The notes below the pieces were generated by a model. It was given only the letters and a program-made list of their open reading frames with translations. It was not told the origin of the DNA and searched no databases. 64,000 nucleotides of DNA from Vitrella brassicaformis CCMP3155 (Eukaryota > Protista > Chromerida), in NCBI GenBank assembly GCA_001179505.1, contig CDMY01000489.1:1-64000 (forward strand). Reading direction: 5' to 3'. Each line of letters starts with the position of its first letter. The stretch's first letter is position 1. Positions 1 to 11,962 of the stretch are shown piece by piece. Position numbers and translations under genes: made by a program.

Positions 1-359
1 GCCATCGTCTGGTCGGCAGGAAGATGTGTGCATATCAAGTGGCATTGCGTGCATCCTCTTCCTGCTGTGTTTCCATAATGTGCCTGCAGGTGGTCTTGGG
101 TTCACGACTCTCGCAGTAGAGGAATTGTGAGCACACCAATCACATACGCACCCCCCTTCTCGTCTGATAGTTGCTCTCTTTGGTCTCGCAGTTTGTCAGT
201 GTCCGCTGCGAGACACCTGACTGCTGCAAATGCATTGCTGCTTACATTTTATATTTGTGGACATTGGTCAAGCTTTCGAAACGTGCTCCTTTACGTACGC
301 CAATGAGAGAGACATGTGTGTGCGTTGGATGCGGGCCACTTTATCCTTTTTGTTCACTC

Positions 360-545
360 AGAGGGTCGCTCATGGAGGTGCTGGACCTGAAGAGGCCACC
401 GCCAGGGAGTGGTGCTGCTGGAGCTAAAGTTCTGGCCCACCTTGTACACCAACTACGGCCACTCGTACGAGAAGGTTCTCGCCGCCATCCAGAGGGGATG
501 CGGGAGGGACGGCGGCGGTGTCAAAGCAATATTGACGTACGCTGA
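360..545 (+). pseudogene. Adenosine deaminase-like exon fragment
   Basis: VVLLELKFWPTLYTNYGHSYEKVLAAIQRG is homologous to the 30480-30670(-) exon (ADA 'YxELRFxP' region). It is isolated and frameshifted. Confidence 0.7.
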
Positions 546-557
546 GAGGGCTCACAA

Positions 558-589
<32 letters not shown>

Positions 590-619
590 GCAGGCGCCGA
601 CAGGGTGCACAAATGGCAT

Positions 620-1793
620 TGTGTATATGTCGTGTTTGACGAGGAGGATGACGATGACGAGGAAGATGACGAGGAAGATGGCGAAGAAGAAGGCGGGGAC
701 GACGAGGAGGAGGCCGAGGAGCCTGAGACCTTCCAGGTCGCTTCACTCGTCTACGCCTGTGTCGCCAGGGAGCTGCTGCAGACTTCACAGAAGCTGCTCT
801 TCTGCCTGGTGGGGGAAATGGTCCGCTGGACGGCAACCCGGCAAGTGCTGAGGCGCGTCCTGCAGACGGCGATGGCGTCACTGGTGCAGCAGTCCGTCAC
901 CATGGCCCGGCAGGGAGGCAGCGGCATCGCAGTTGACGAGACACGGGGTGATGGAGACACGGGAGGAGGAGCGAGACAACGGCGTTGATCATTTGATGCC
1001 CGAGGGCGGCGGGACCACTGAAGGGACACAGCCAGAGGGCCAGCAGCATGATGATATGGACATCACCAGCCCCAACGCTGACGACGACCCGCACAAACGG
1101 GGCCACAAGAGGCGCCACGAGAGCGAGGACAGGGACGCGCAGCAGCCGCCCCGACCCTCCGAGAAGCGCCGCCGCCTCAAGACGGGCAGGAGGGGCACCA
1201 AGCGTAAGGGACACCCCCGAAGCGTCGCAGAGGGCCCGCCCCTGAAGAAGCGTCGCACATCTGGTACGCATGGCGGGCGGGCGGGTGGACGCACCCACCA
1301 ACAGGTGCATCATCCATTTATCTCACTGGGGGCTGGTTGGTTGTCTTGTGTTTGTCTTGTGTCAGACTCTTGCATCCCGGGGCCATCCGCTGGCCGCCAG
1401 GTTGGCTGCTGGCTTCATCCACCCGTCCAGCGACAGATGGACTGGCTGCAGCTGCCTCCCCTTCAGCAGCCGCTCATCCCCGAAGAGCAGCAGCAGCCGC
1501 CCATCGACCCCCCGGAGCAACAGGAGCAGCCACCGGCCGACGAAGACGACCCACCAGGCGGCAACCAGAACCACCAGCCACAGGTGGAGCAGCAGCAGGC
1601 CGCCACAGCGTCCAGCAGCCGGAAGAAGCGCAAGAGGGTGGGCTCCCGGCTGCGGGCTGAAACCGCTGCCCTCAAGGCTTCTGTGGCGTCCTTCTGCGGC
1701 GACGTGTCGAGGCAGGGGGACGGCGAGGGAGACGGGGGAGACGGGGGCGACAAGGGCTACAGCATTCGCAGCAAGAGGCGCCGCGACCGATAG
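620..1793 (+). CDS. Hypothetical protein of the acidic tract + 'YxCVAxELL' helix + basic NLS family (spliced; possibly disrupted)
   Basis: ORF 605..988 has a D/E tract followed by VASLVYACVARELLQTSQKLLFCL. ORF 933..1793 has K/R clusters (KRRRLK, KKRKR, SKRRRDR*) and an ATCC/GT-rich intron at ~1264-1410. Confidence 0.5.
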
Positions 1794-2913
1794 TTGATGA
1801 GTCTCCACCTGCCGTTTATTTGTGTGTGCATGGATGGATGGATGAATGGATGGCTCCGGGCCTGTAGGAGGCCTCTTCTGCTTTGGTTGCAGTCGGTATG
1901 ATGTTGCTGCTGGACGGACTGATGGACCGCCAGCAGCGTAGACTGCAACTGCCCGGCTGACATGACACCGCTGCGTACATTTTATATCTGCGGAGGGACT
2001 TTTCTCTGTTTATCGTAAGTTTCCTGTGGACGATCCCTCGCTTCTGTCTGCTGAAGCTTTGAATGAACACTCACCTGGACGTTGGACGTGATTGCGATGG
2101 CACTTAATGGAGCGACCGATGTGTGAGACGACAATGCCTTGGCAGAGACATGCGAATGTCTTGGACTTGTCTTTGGGGGCATCATGTATCCATCAACGTA
2201 TCATTGGGGTCTCTCCGCATACATATGGATCGCATCGATATGCATCGTCTGTCTGTGTGTCCCTGTGTGTGTCGCGTCTCTATCATTTCTGCCGCGACAC
2301 ACACACCCCTCCACAAACCAAGTCATCCATCCATCCATCAGCACACATGACAGAACAACGCAGAAAGTGAGTGAGTAAGTGAGCAAGAGGACATATTTAT
2401 CATGCAAGGGCCATCTCACAGACGCACATGCCCCCTTGCCCCTTCGGCCATGACATCACCCATGATGTCCTCGCGGCCTCATCGGGGCGAAAAGGGCCGC
2501 CCAGGGGGCTTCTCCCCGCCCCAGCTGGACACACACACACAGAGACAAAAACAGCACTCACTCCCAGCTGACACACCACACACACATTCGCACAGAAGGA
2601 GGAGACACATGAGTGAGTATGCAGGTCAATCAACACACAAAATGAAACACTACACAGCACATCAGTTAGTGAGTTTGTATGTCTGGAAGAGATGGAGCCA
2701 TACACACACACACACACACACGGGAGACCAACGAATATCTCTCTCCCTCTCCCCCCCTCCCTCCCTGCCTGCCTGCCTGTCTAAAGGCGGCCGAAAGGAG
2801 GCAGCACACGTACTGCCTGCGATCACCGCCAAAAACCTCCAGAGATCTACATCCCCCCATCCCAATACATTCCAACACGTACAGTACACACGATGGATCT
2901 GTCGGTCAATCGA

Positions 2914-5900
2914 TCACTCGTGTCCCTCCTCCCGTCTCCTGCGCTTCCGGAGCCGTGAAGATCGGCGCAGGCGCTTCAGTGGCTGCTCGTCGGGTGGAAT
3001 TCGTCGACGCCTCTTGGCAGCAGGCTCGTCAGCGGCGTTTCCGGCCTGCTCATCACCACCGGGGTGACCGACGGGCGGCATGTCCTGGTCGGGGATCTCG
3101 CCCTGAGGCTGATCCCCCATCTCGTCATCCCCCTCGTCACGGTCGTCATCGCAGCCCCTCTTGGCCCCTCTCCGACTCGACTCGATGCCCGCGGGGTCGA
3201 GGCGCTGCTGGTCGCCGCCATCATCCTGGTGCATGGCCTGGTCGGGCGCCTCACCGGCTTGGGGCTGATCCTCCATCTCGTCACCCCCCTCGTCACGGTC
3301 GTGCAGTGGAAGGGCCCGCTCGACGGCCTTGGAAGTGCGGATGATGTCAATGGCCAAGCAGCACAACACTTGCTGGGCGGCCCGCAGCAGCTCTGCCGCC
3401 ACACACCCATAGATTGCCGCCACACACGCCATGACGGTGCCCCGCCCTCCTCGCTGTCATCACCCCCGTCACTCTCATTGCCGTCCTCGTCCTCGTCGCT
3501 CTCGTCCTCCTCGTCATCGGAGACGGCCGGCGACTGCTCGGGCGGCGTGTTGACCGGCACACGACAAGGCGGCGGAGTCTTGAAGGGGTCGTCCTGGTCC
3601 CATCCCACCTCCTCATCGCCCTCCCGTCCACCGACCGCCTGCCCAGGCGGCGGCGTCTCGTCGTCATCCAGGCGGCTCCGGGGCTGCTTGCGGGGCGATG
3701 GCGTTTGGTCCTCGAGCTCCATGTCGAGGTCAGCGTCAAAGCTGTCGTTGATGGGCGACTCTCGCGAATGGGCCGCTGGCTCTCCTGCAGCCGGCCGATT
3801 GCTGCGGGGCGGGGATGGGGAGCGAGGGGAGGGACTGGGCGGCCTGTGTCGAGGCGGCATGGGAGAGAGGGGGCCGACCCACCGAGGCCCGCCCCACTTG
3901 AAGGGGTCGCTGTCGGCCATCGACATGAACGCAGACGAGATGTCGTCCGGCCTAGGGTTCCCCCAGTATGCGGCGGGGTCCTCGTAGCACAGCTGCCTTT
4001 CCCTTTTGAGGGCCGCCCGGATTTCCGCCCTCAGCGCCTCCCNNNNNNNNNNNNNNNNNNNNNNNNNNNNNNNNNNNNNNNNNNNNNNNNNNNNNNNNNN
4101 NNNNNNNNNNNNNNNNNNNNNNNNNNNNNNNNNNNNNNNNNNNNNNNNNNNNNNNNNNNNNNNNNNNNNNNNNNNNNNNNNNNNNNNNNNNNNNNNNNNN
4201 NNNNNNNNNNNNNNNNNNNNNNNNNNNNNNNNNNNNNNNNNNNNNNNNNNNNNNNNNNNNNNNNNNNNNNNNNNNNNNNNNNNNNNNNNNNNNNNNNNNN
4301 NNNNNNNNNNNNNNNNNNNNNNNNNNNNNNNNNNNNNNNNNNCCCCCCTCGTCACGGTCGTCATTGCGGCCCCTCTTGGCCCCTCTCCGACTCGACTCGA
4401 TGCCCGCGGGGTCGAGGCGCTGCTGGTCGCCGCCATCATCCTGGTGCATGGCCTGGTCAGGCGCCTCACCGGCTTGGGGCTGATCCTCCATCTCGTCACC
4501 CCCCTCGTCACGGTCGTGCAGTGGAAGGGCCCGCTCGACGGCCTTGGAAGTGCGGATGATGTCAATGGCCAAGCAGCACAACACTTGCTGGGCGGCCCGC
4601 AGCAGCTCTGCCGCCACACACCCATAGATTGCCGCCACACACGCCATGACGGTCGCCCCGCCCTCCTCGCTCTCATCGCCCCCGTCGCTCTCATCGCCCT
4701 CGTCGTCCTCGTCGCTCTCGTCCTCCTCGTCATCGGAGACGGCCGGCGACTGCTCGGGCGGCGTGATGACCGGCACACGACAAGGCGGCGGAGTCTTGAA
4801 GGGTCGTCCTGCTCCCATCCCTCCTCCTCATCGCCCTCCCGTCCACCGACCGCCTGCCCAGGCGGCGGCGTCTTGTCGTCATCCAGGCGGCTCCGGGTCT
4901 GCTTGCGGGGCGATGGCGTTTGGTCGTCCAGGTCCATGTCGAGGTCAGCGTCAAAGCTGTCCTTGATCGGCGACTCTCGCGAATGGGCCGCTGGCTCTCC
5001 TGCAGCCGGCCGATTGCTGCGGGGCGGGGATGGGGAGCGAGGGGAGGGGCTGGGCGGCCTGTGCCGAGGCGGCATGGGAGAGAGGGGGCCGACCCACCGA
5101 GGCCCGCCCCACTTGAAGGGGTCGCTGTCGGCCATCGACATGAACGCAGACGAGATGTCGTCCGGCCTAGGGTTCCCCCAGTATGCGGCGGGGTCCTCGT
5201 AGCACAGCTGCCTTTCCCTTTTGAGGGCCGCCCGGATTTCCGCCCTCAGCGCCTCCCTTTCCTCCCCCGGCGGCGGCTCTCTCACGGACAAGTAGTAGCC
5301 GTGCTCCTCTTCCTCCCGAGCTGCCCCAGCCCTCTCCTCGCTGCCTTCTTCCCCTCCTGCTCCTGCTCTTGCGGCTGCCGCCTCCGTCGGCTCCTCCACG
5401 TCAGCAGGCGGTGCTGTCTCTTGCTCCTCCTGCTCCTGCTCCTGCTCCTGCTGCAGCAGCAGCAGCTGCTGCTGCTGCAAATGAGAAGAGAAGAAACAAA
5501 AGCGACATGTATTTCACTATTTATTTCCGTGGGCAATATATGTGCGGTGATTATATGATGCACCTGTCTCTCGTCCTCGGCCTCCCAGTCGGCCCCAGGG
5601 CGGTTGCGATGGAGCCAGGGCAGGCGTACACTCCTCCACCTGAGTTTATGAAAGACAAGAGAGGCACAGGGCACCAGAAATCGACTGACTTATTCAACGA
5701 TATATGCAGTGCGTGTGCCGCGCACTGAGCATACCCTGGCTCGTCGGCGTGCTCCATGGCCGACGACCTGCCATTCACACGCCAACCGAGGACAAGACAA
5801 TGCTATTCCGACGAACAGCAACACTCCGATGAACAACGTACCAGTTGATGCCCTCCAGAGCGTCTTCACGGTCGTCGGCATCCATGGCCTCCGACTCCCC

Positions 5901-5918
5901 CTCACTGCTGCCGTTCAT
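2914..5918 (-). CDS. Hypothetical protein of the same family; internally duplicated and frameshifted copies
   Basis: A phase-consistent splice model runs from ATG 5918 (MNGSSEGESEAMDADDREDALEGINW|SSAMEHADEPG|WRSVRLPW...ERQ|QQQ...). It then has a Pro/Ser-rich region, an acidic tract, MACVAAIYGCVAAELLRAAQQVLCCL and a C-terminus KRLRRSSRLRKRRRREEGHE*. Confidence 0.6.
3129..5260. repeat. Direct tandem duplication (nominal period 1215 nt including a 300-N gap at 4043-4342)
   Basis: 3131-4042 matches 4346-5257 with scattered substitutions and indels. Confidence 0.8.
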
Positions 5919-6028
5919 CGGCTCACGGTAGCTTCCGCTCATTCTCGCGTACGTCTGTCACAGCCCCTGTCTGAGACGCCCACAGTCTCGGGCCCCCAAG
6001 ATGCGAGCTGCAAACCATGAGGTGACTG
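5919..6028. promoter_or_regulatory. Compact bidirectional promoter region
   Basis: Only ~110 nt separate divergent ATGs at 5918(-) and 6029(+). The core GTCTGAGACGCCCACAGTCTCGGG recurs at ~23585-23610(-) and 29707(+). Confidence 0.5.
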
Positions 6029-7710
6029 ATGGATCTACGACGCTCGGGGCGCTCGGGCGCCCGCCAGGCTAAGAGCGAGGAGCAGGATAGCAAGAAGATC
6101 GGTGTCAAACGAGAGCATGATGACAGCAGCGGCCTTCACGGCCACAAGAGGGTGCGCAAGCACGAAAACGCCGTCAAGAGTGAGGACGAGAAAGCATTAG
6201 TTCAAGTCAAGGAAGGAGCGGGTCGGGATGAGACGGAAGCGGTCAGTGCTGATGAGGATGAGGGTAGTGGTCAGCTGGTGGCTGCGGAGCCCTATCCGAA
6301 TCTTCGGCGGCCTTCTGCCGACGAGTGCTACGCTGTCGGGAGGGCACTCCGGGATCTTCATGGCGGCGACCGCGTCAAGGGAAGGGTGAGATGCCACACC
6401 ACACCTCACTCGTTTGAGCATTTGGAAACACCGGCTTGTGTGTTTTGCGGCATGTGTGAGTGTGCTTCAGGACTGTAGTGTGATGGACATGCTGGTGCGT
6501 GTGATGCTCTCGCAAAACACCACCGACAAGCTATCGAAACAGACATTCCAGAGTTTGAAGGTCAGCATCACTTGCTGCGACCGATCCATCCATCGATCAG
6601 CTGGTCTCACTGCTGGCTTATCCGTCATTTAGGCTGCCTTCCCCACGTGGCGGTCGGTGCTCGATGCCCCCGCTGCAGACGTCGAGGCCACCATACAGAA
6701 GGGCGGCCTGGCCCATACAAAGGTGGATACGCGAGAAGCAAGGGCGTCGGCACACTTACAGGGGGATGGCTGTCGCTATTCCTTCCAGGTGAAGCGCATC
6801 CAGGCGATCCTGCAGTCTGTAGTCGATGGGGGACATGTGGTGAGCGCGGCAAGCAGCAACAGCCGCATCCATCTCCCAATTTGGTGTATTGTTCAGGTAG
6901 CTGGCGAGCCGTCGCTGGAGCACTTGAGGGGCGTGCCTGACGAGCAGGTCAAGCAGGCGCTCCTGAGGTATGCAGCAACGAAATGAGCGGCCAGCAATGG
7001 AACTACACAAGTGCTCGTATACTGATCGGTCAGGTACAATGGTGTAGGTCCCAAGACCGTCGCGTGTGTCATGATGTTCGGACTGGGTAGGCAGGCCCAT
7101 GGACGTGGCCCCTAGCTATAGCTGCCGGTTGATCTCCCTTTTCCAGGTCGTTCGGAGTTTCCCGTGGACACCCACGTGCTCCATATCGCGCAGCGGCTGC
7201 ATTGGGTGCCCCAGTCTGCAACACGCGTACAAGCGTACCAACACCTCAATCGCAGGTCAGTTGTGTGTATGACACTCACTGCGAGCCTAAGATCATGTGT
7301 TCATGTTTGTGTGTGACCCGGCTAACCAGGGTGCCTGACGATATCAAGCACTCGCTGCACGTTCTCTTGGTGGAACACGGCAAGGTGAATGAAGATTCCC
7401 CTCCTCACGCACCGCACAGACAGTCGTGTATGTGTGTCTCCTGTCTGTTTGTGTGTGGTGGTTCCGTTTTCAGTGCTGCGTCCCGTGCGCCAAGAACGGC
7501 CGTCTGCAGAAGGAATCCTCAGGATCCTGCCCCCTGCAGCCTCTCATCCACCGCGGCACCACGCCGCCGCAGCTGGAAGGCAGCACCTCTCAGCCGGCAA
7601 TGCTGGAAGGCGCCGATGGGCCGCCAGCAAGTGCTGCCGCTGCTGCTCCTGCTGCAGTCGTCAAGAAAGAGGGTGGAGAGCTGGTGCGGGTGAAAGAGGA
7701 AGCCGAATGA
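6029..7710 (+). CDS. HhH-GPD base-excision DNA glycosylase, endonuclease III (Nth)-like; multi-exon
   Basis: Motifs MLSQNTTD, GGLAHTKVKRIQAIL, HhH LLRYNGVGPKTVACVMMFGLG, FPVDTHVLHIAQRLHWVP (catalytic Asp) and EHGKCCVPC...SCPL, with GT-AG introns. Confidence 0.92.
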
Positions 7711-8417
7711 TGGATGAGAGCGGGTGGATGCTGGTATACGATGCGTGTGGGTGGGTGGGCTGATTTGATTGTCGCCTTGTACATATCAGTGTGTGTTTTG
7801 GGACGTGGCACTTGTGTGCATGCCGTCTTCTGGGGCCGTGTGTGGGATAGGATGACGGCCGCTGTGGGTGTCTATAAAGCAGTGCAGTGCAGTGCGGTGC
7901 GGTGCGGTGCGGTGTGTGTTGAGACCTTGGACACAGACATGTATGTACATGAAGGTTACGTGAATGGCTAACGTATCGGTCCTTTCCTCTCGCCGTTCGG
8001 GCCAGCATCCAAGCCATGCAGCTGCACATGCTGTCTGTCTGTCTGTTTGATCCATGTGTGTCTCGTCACTGACGGCTGTGTGTGTGTGTGTGACCTTGGC
8101 ACACACACAGCTGCATGTGACCGCTCACACGCATCAGTTGGTCCATCCATCCATCCATCCATGCACCCGTCATCGACTTGTCCTACCAGTCACCATGTCA
8201 GTCAGTCAGTACTGCTCAGTGCGTATGCATCTGTCCTCCGTCTGCCGTCACACAGGCGTCAGACCAACACACAGCGCACCGCACGACGTATGTACACTGC
8301 CTGCCATCCAGTCATCCCCCCCTCCATCTCTTTGTGTCAGTCCATGAATGCGGTAAACCAACCAACCGATGCATCGCATCGCTCACTCAGTCATTTATCT
8401 ACTTGACGCCAGGTATC

Positions 8418-8473
8418 TCACGAGCTGCGGGTGCTGGGCCGGAGTTTGTCGGGGTTGATGATGCCTGCACGCA

Positions 8474-8508
<35 letters not shown>

Positions 8509-9704
8509 GTGGCATGGGTCGAAGCCGCCGGCTGCACCCACAGGTGCGTTCATCAGTCGGCCTCACGTACCGTGCCACATTTCTGCCGCCTTGTTCTCGC
8601 ACTCCAGGCGGGTGGCCTTTGTGACCTCCACCTGCACACAATTGTATACCTCCTCCATCCAACGGCCCCCTTAGCCCTTAGTGCTCACCTTGTAGACACA
8701 TCGCTTGCGGTTGCTGTCGAAGTAGCGGACCTCCTCGTCGCTCATCTGCAGCAGGGCCTGCACGATGTCCTCCCTCCGGCCCTTGGTATTGTCGCTGTCC
8801 TTGACGCGAACCTTGAGGACGTTGAACTTCCCCTCCCACGTGCACTGGAAGACCTTGCCGTGCAACATCACCAACATGTCGCGGAGATGAAACTGACACA
8901 CACACGAAAGGACAACACCATGATGTCTGTGCGCAGGTGAGCGTTGGTTGGGCATGCCTTGGCGTCGTCGGCCACGTTCCAGAACAAACAGTCGTAGCCT
9001 GCACCCACACAAAGTTTCGGACACAGAGACACAGACAGGAGCGAATGATGCATGAACTGTATGGATGCGCCACTTTGTGTGTGTCCGTATGCGTACCCAT
9101 GACCACCATGTTGCAGAGTTCTTCGACTATGGCCGGCGGGAGCGACGCTGCTCCTCCCTCCAACCCCTCTCCCTCCTCCTCTCCCCCCTTCTCCTTGCCC
9201 TGCTCGTCGTCCTCGTCCTCGGGCGTCCACTCATCCTCATCGTCCGCTGCACGACGACTGCGGTTGCGGCCGGGGCTGGTGCGATGGCCACGGGGGGGCT
9301 CGTCTTGCTCATCCGAATCTTCGTCGGCCGCCAGCACTTTAGCCGCCATTGACTGACCGGCACTGTCACGCTTGACACGCGACGCGCTGGTGAGGACTTT
9401 GAAGGGGTTCGGCTTGCCAGCCTTGCTGCCTCGCTTGGCCTTCTTCACCTCTGCACCCACACCCACACACACGCGGATGGATCATCATGATCATCATGGA
9501 TAAATTACACGTCTCGTTGACGGTCTCATTCGGTGTCTGATTCAGCATGATGCACTTACTGTTGCTCACGCCCCCAGCCTTGACTTTGGTATCCTTCTTG
9601 CCCTTGCGCACCTTGAGGCCTCTCTGCTTGCGCATCTCCGCTATCTGCACCGACATGGGCACGTCGACGTCATCAGCAGCAGAGCTAGCAGCAGAGGGGT
9701 CCAT
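8418..9704 (-). CDS. Hypothetical protein, about 7 exons, with basic and acidic low-complexity N-half
   Basis: In-phase spliced exons MDPSAASS.../EVKKAKRG...DEDEW.../GYDCLFWNV.../FHLRDMLVMLHGKVFQCTWEGKF.../VEVTKATRLEC.../GIINPDKLRPSTRSS*. No family recognised. Confidence 0.7.
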
Positions 9705-9909
9705 GATGGCGCTCAGAGTCAGTGATGGTGGGATTGAGGCGGGACTGAGGTAGAATGTGAGTCAGATGCACACGATGGATGGGGGCTCAAGGCAACTCCG
9801 AATTTGTGTGTGAACGAGGCACCTTCAAGTTCTCGGCTCGCATGTGTTGGTGACAAAATTTCAAAGCTTTCCAAGTGTTGTAGAGCGATCCCTGCGACAG
9901 TCTTCCAAT

Positions 9910-10495
9910 ATGAATCAGTGTGCGGATGCTGCCGGCACAGCGCGTCAGCGAGGGCTTCTGAGGAGTCAGGCTGGGATACGCCCCGGTGGGGGAAAGGGAA
10001 GGAGGGCGCCTACAAAGGCGCAGGGAGGGCACGGACCGCAAGAAGGTTCCTCAGAAGGGCATTGTGGCGACGCCAAGTGCTGCATATGCCAGGAGGCGAG
10101 AGACGATACCGATAAGGTGCGTGAGACCAACTGTGCTGTGTTGATATGTTAGGATGTCCCTGCATCCTTTGTGTGTTGTGTGTCAGGGCATACTGTCCTG
10201 CGGTCATGCATTCTGTTTTGGTTGCATTGCGCAAGTGAGCACAGACACTTAAGTGCAGAGAGAACCTGATCCTTGGCATCCGTGTCTTGTTTTCCATCAT
10301 CTCCAGGCGTTTATCGCTCGCACCAAGGCCCGCCAAGCGTGCCAGTGCCCGCTCTGCCACCAGAGCAAAGTCAGCCCCATCGTCACGCGCGAGACTCTCG
10401 TCCGCACGACGCGGTCCAGGAAGCGCAAGGCCCAGGACATCTCAGAAGAGGAGGACGTGAGGGATGCCGAGGGGGTGCTCATCGAAGACCGATAG
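9910..10495 (+). CDS. Small RING-HC (C3HC4) zinc-finger protein, putative E3 ligase
   Basis: The spliced product reads CCICQEARDDTDK|GILSCGHAFCFGCIAQ|AFIARTKARQACQCPLCHQ, giving all eight RING ligands. It ends with RSRKRK (NLS-like). Confidence 0.85.
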
Positions 10496-10508
10496 TAGGC
10501 ACATACTG

Positions 10509-10509
<1 letters not shown>

Positions 10510-10557
<48 letters not shown>

Positions 10558-10570
10558 CATACATATATAC
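10510..10570. repeat. Compound (AC)n(AT)n microsatellite
   Basis: Direct reading of the sequence. Confidence 0.9.
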
Positions 10571-10819
10571 ACCGGCTTGCTCCTCTTGTTGCTGTATGTG
10601 TATGTGTGTGCGACAGTGAGGAACGTGTGAGCGAGGCGGGTTACATGGAGATGTGGCGCGTATCCAAACAAGACCTCTCCCACAAGTAGGCCCGCCTTCT
10701 CTCTCGCTGACGGGCACGAACTCACACACGTGTGTCCTGTCTGTCACACAGGGGTTTCAGTGACCAGTATCAGAACCTCGAGCAGGGCTGGGCTGGATGG
10801 AGATGGAGGATGAGATGAG

Positions 10820-11390
10820 ATGGAAGACGAGCTCAGTCTACAGGAGGTCTACTACTTGGAGAAGAAGACTAGGGCCACAGCGCGCCACTATTCGGAGCAG
10901 TCAGAGCTGAGGAAGTTCCGACGGCTGAAGTCAGGTGGGAAAGAGGGAGACAGCCTCTCATGGATGGATGTAATGAGCATACACGCAGGAATTGTCTATA
11001 TCCTTGCTGCGTGTGTATGTATGTGTGTGTGTGTGTGTGCGTGCAGCCATGGATGTGTTGACCGCCAGCAAGGAATTCGTCGAGGTGGAGCGCATCAAGC
11101 AGCTGCTGATGTGGCCCGAGCCCGGCAAGAGCCCCCAGGAGCGAACCCATCCTCGAGGCTCCATTTACTCCGAGTGCAACCAGAAGTGGCGGCAGCAGGG
11201 CCTATCGGGCATGGACAAGCCATTTGGGGCCAACCCCTTCGACCACAGCCGCTGGGTGGACTACCAATGGATGGACGCTGAGCTGCTTTGCGACCGCCTT
11301 CAGCGCCAGCGCCTCAAGCAGTCCACCCGCGACCTGTTGCAGCAGAAGAATGTCAACTGTCTCCTGACCTCTGCCTGGAGAAGAGGATAG
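10820..11390 (+). CDS. Hypothetical protein (2 exons)
   Basis: MEDELSLQEVYYLEKK...SLSWMD, then a (GT)n intron at ~10969-11046, then AMDVLTASKEFVEVERIKQLLMWPEPG...WRRG*. Coding-like composition. Confidence 0.55.
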
Positions 11391-11519
11391 AGAGACACGA
11401 TGGGGACGGGCAACCGTGTCTCGGGCGATGTTTTCGCCCCGCATCCATCGCAGCCACACCGGCCAGCCGGCCGGCAGATGTCGACCACGGGGCAAGCAGA
11501 CCGCAGGGCGACAATGGGC

Positions 11520-11962
11520 CGTGATCTGCTGCTGCAGCTTCTGCTGCTATTGTGGTCAAGAAGGAGGATGGAAGGCCGGTGCGGGTGAAGCGAGAAGATC
11601 AACCTGATTTGCCTCTGCTCGCTCTGCCGGACCCGCATCCTGAGTGGCAGGTCCCACCCGCCAACCGCGACATGCTCACCGAGCGGCTGCTGAATCAGCT
11701 AGGGAAATCGCAGCACCGAGAGGGCGACAGCACGTGGCTGAGTCGCATCCCTGGGATCGGTCGGCCACCCGACTGCAGCGACCCCGCGCTCATCGCCCTC
11801 GCGCGTGTTGAATGGGAGCAAGAAGGTCGTCTGCTGAGAGTCAGTTCCGGCTGGCAGTCCGGGCAGGTGCCCTCGACCACCAGTATCGGTCGGCATTCCT
11901 GGCCGGGCCCGACAGGGTGGATGAGGAGCGAGACGGAGGAGAGGAGACGACGACTCGGATGA
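11520..11962 (+). CDS. Hypothetical ORF or relic beginning with a segment similar to the glycosylase C-terminus
   Basis: AAAASAAIVVKKEDGRPVRVKRE resembles AAAAAPAAVVKKEGGELVRVKEE (7636-7707). There is no clear ATG. Confidence 0.35.

Larger units (their letters stand above)
1..6095. repeat. Left arm of a large inverted segmental duplication (partner 23475-28436); may extend beyond the window start
   Basis: 1-140 is the reverse complement of ~28295-28436. Blocks 1300-2900 and 4350-6095 match 25270-27130 and 23475-25260 in reverse. The ORF track gives near-identical translations on opposite strands, e.g. 2914..3432(-) vs 24903..25469(+) and 933..1793(+) vs 26632..27135(-). Confidence 0.95.

Noticed and set aside
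2400-2900. ORFs 2402..3067/2679..3344 and mirror copies 25114-25959
   Set aside because: They are largely repeat-derived or antisense to the real gene. Conservation between copies only reflects the duplication.
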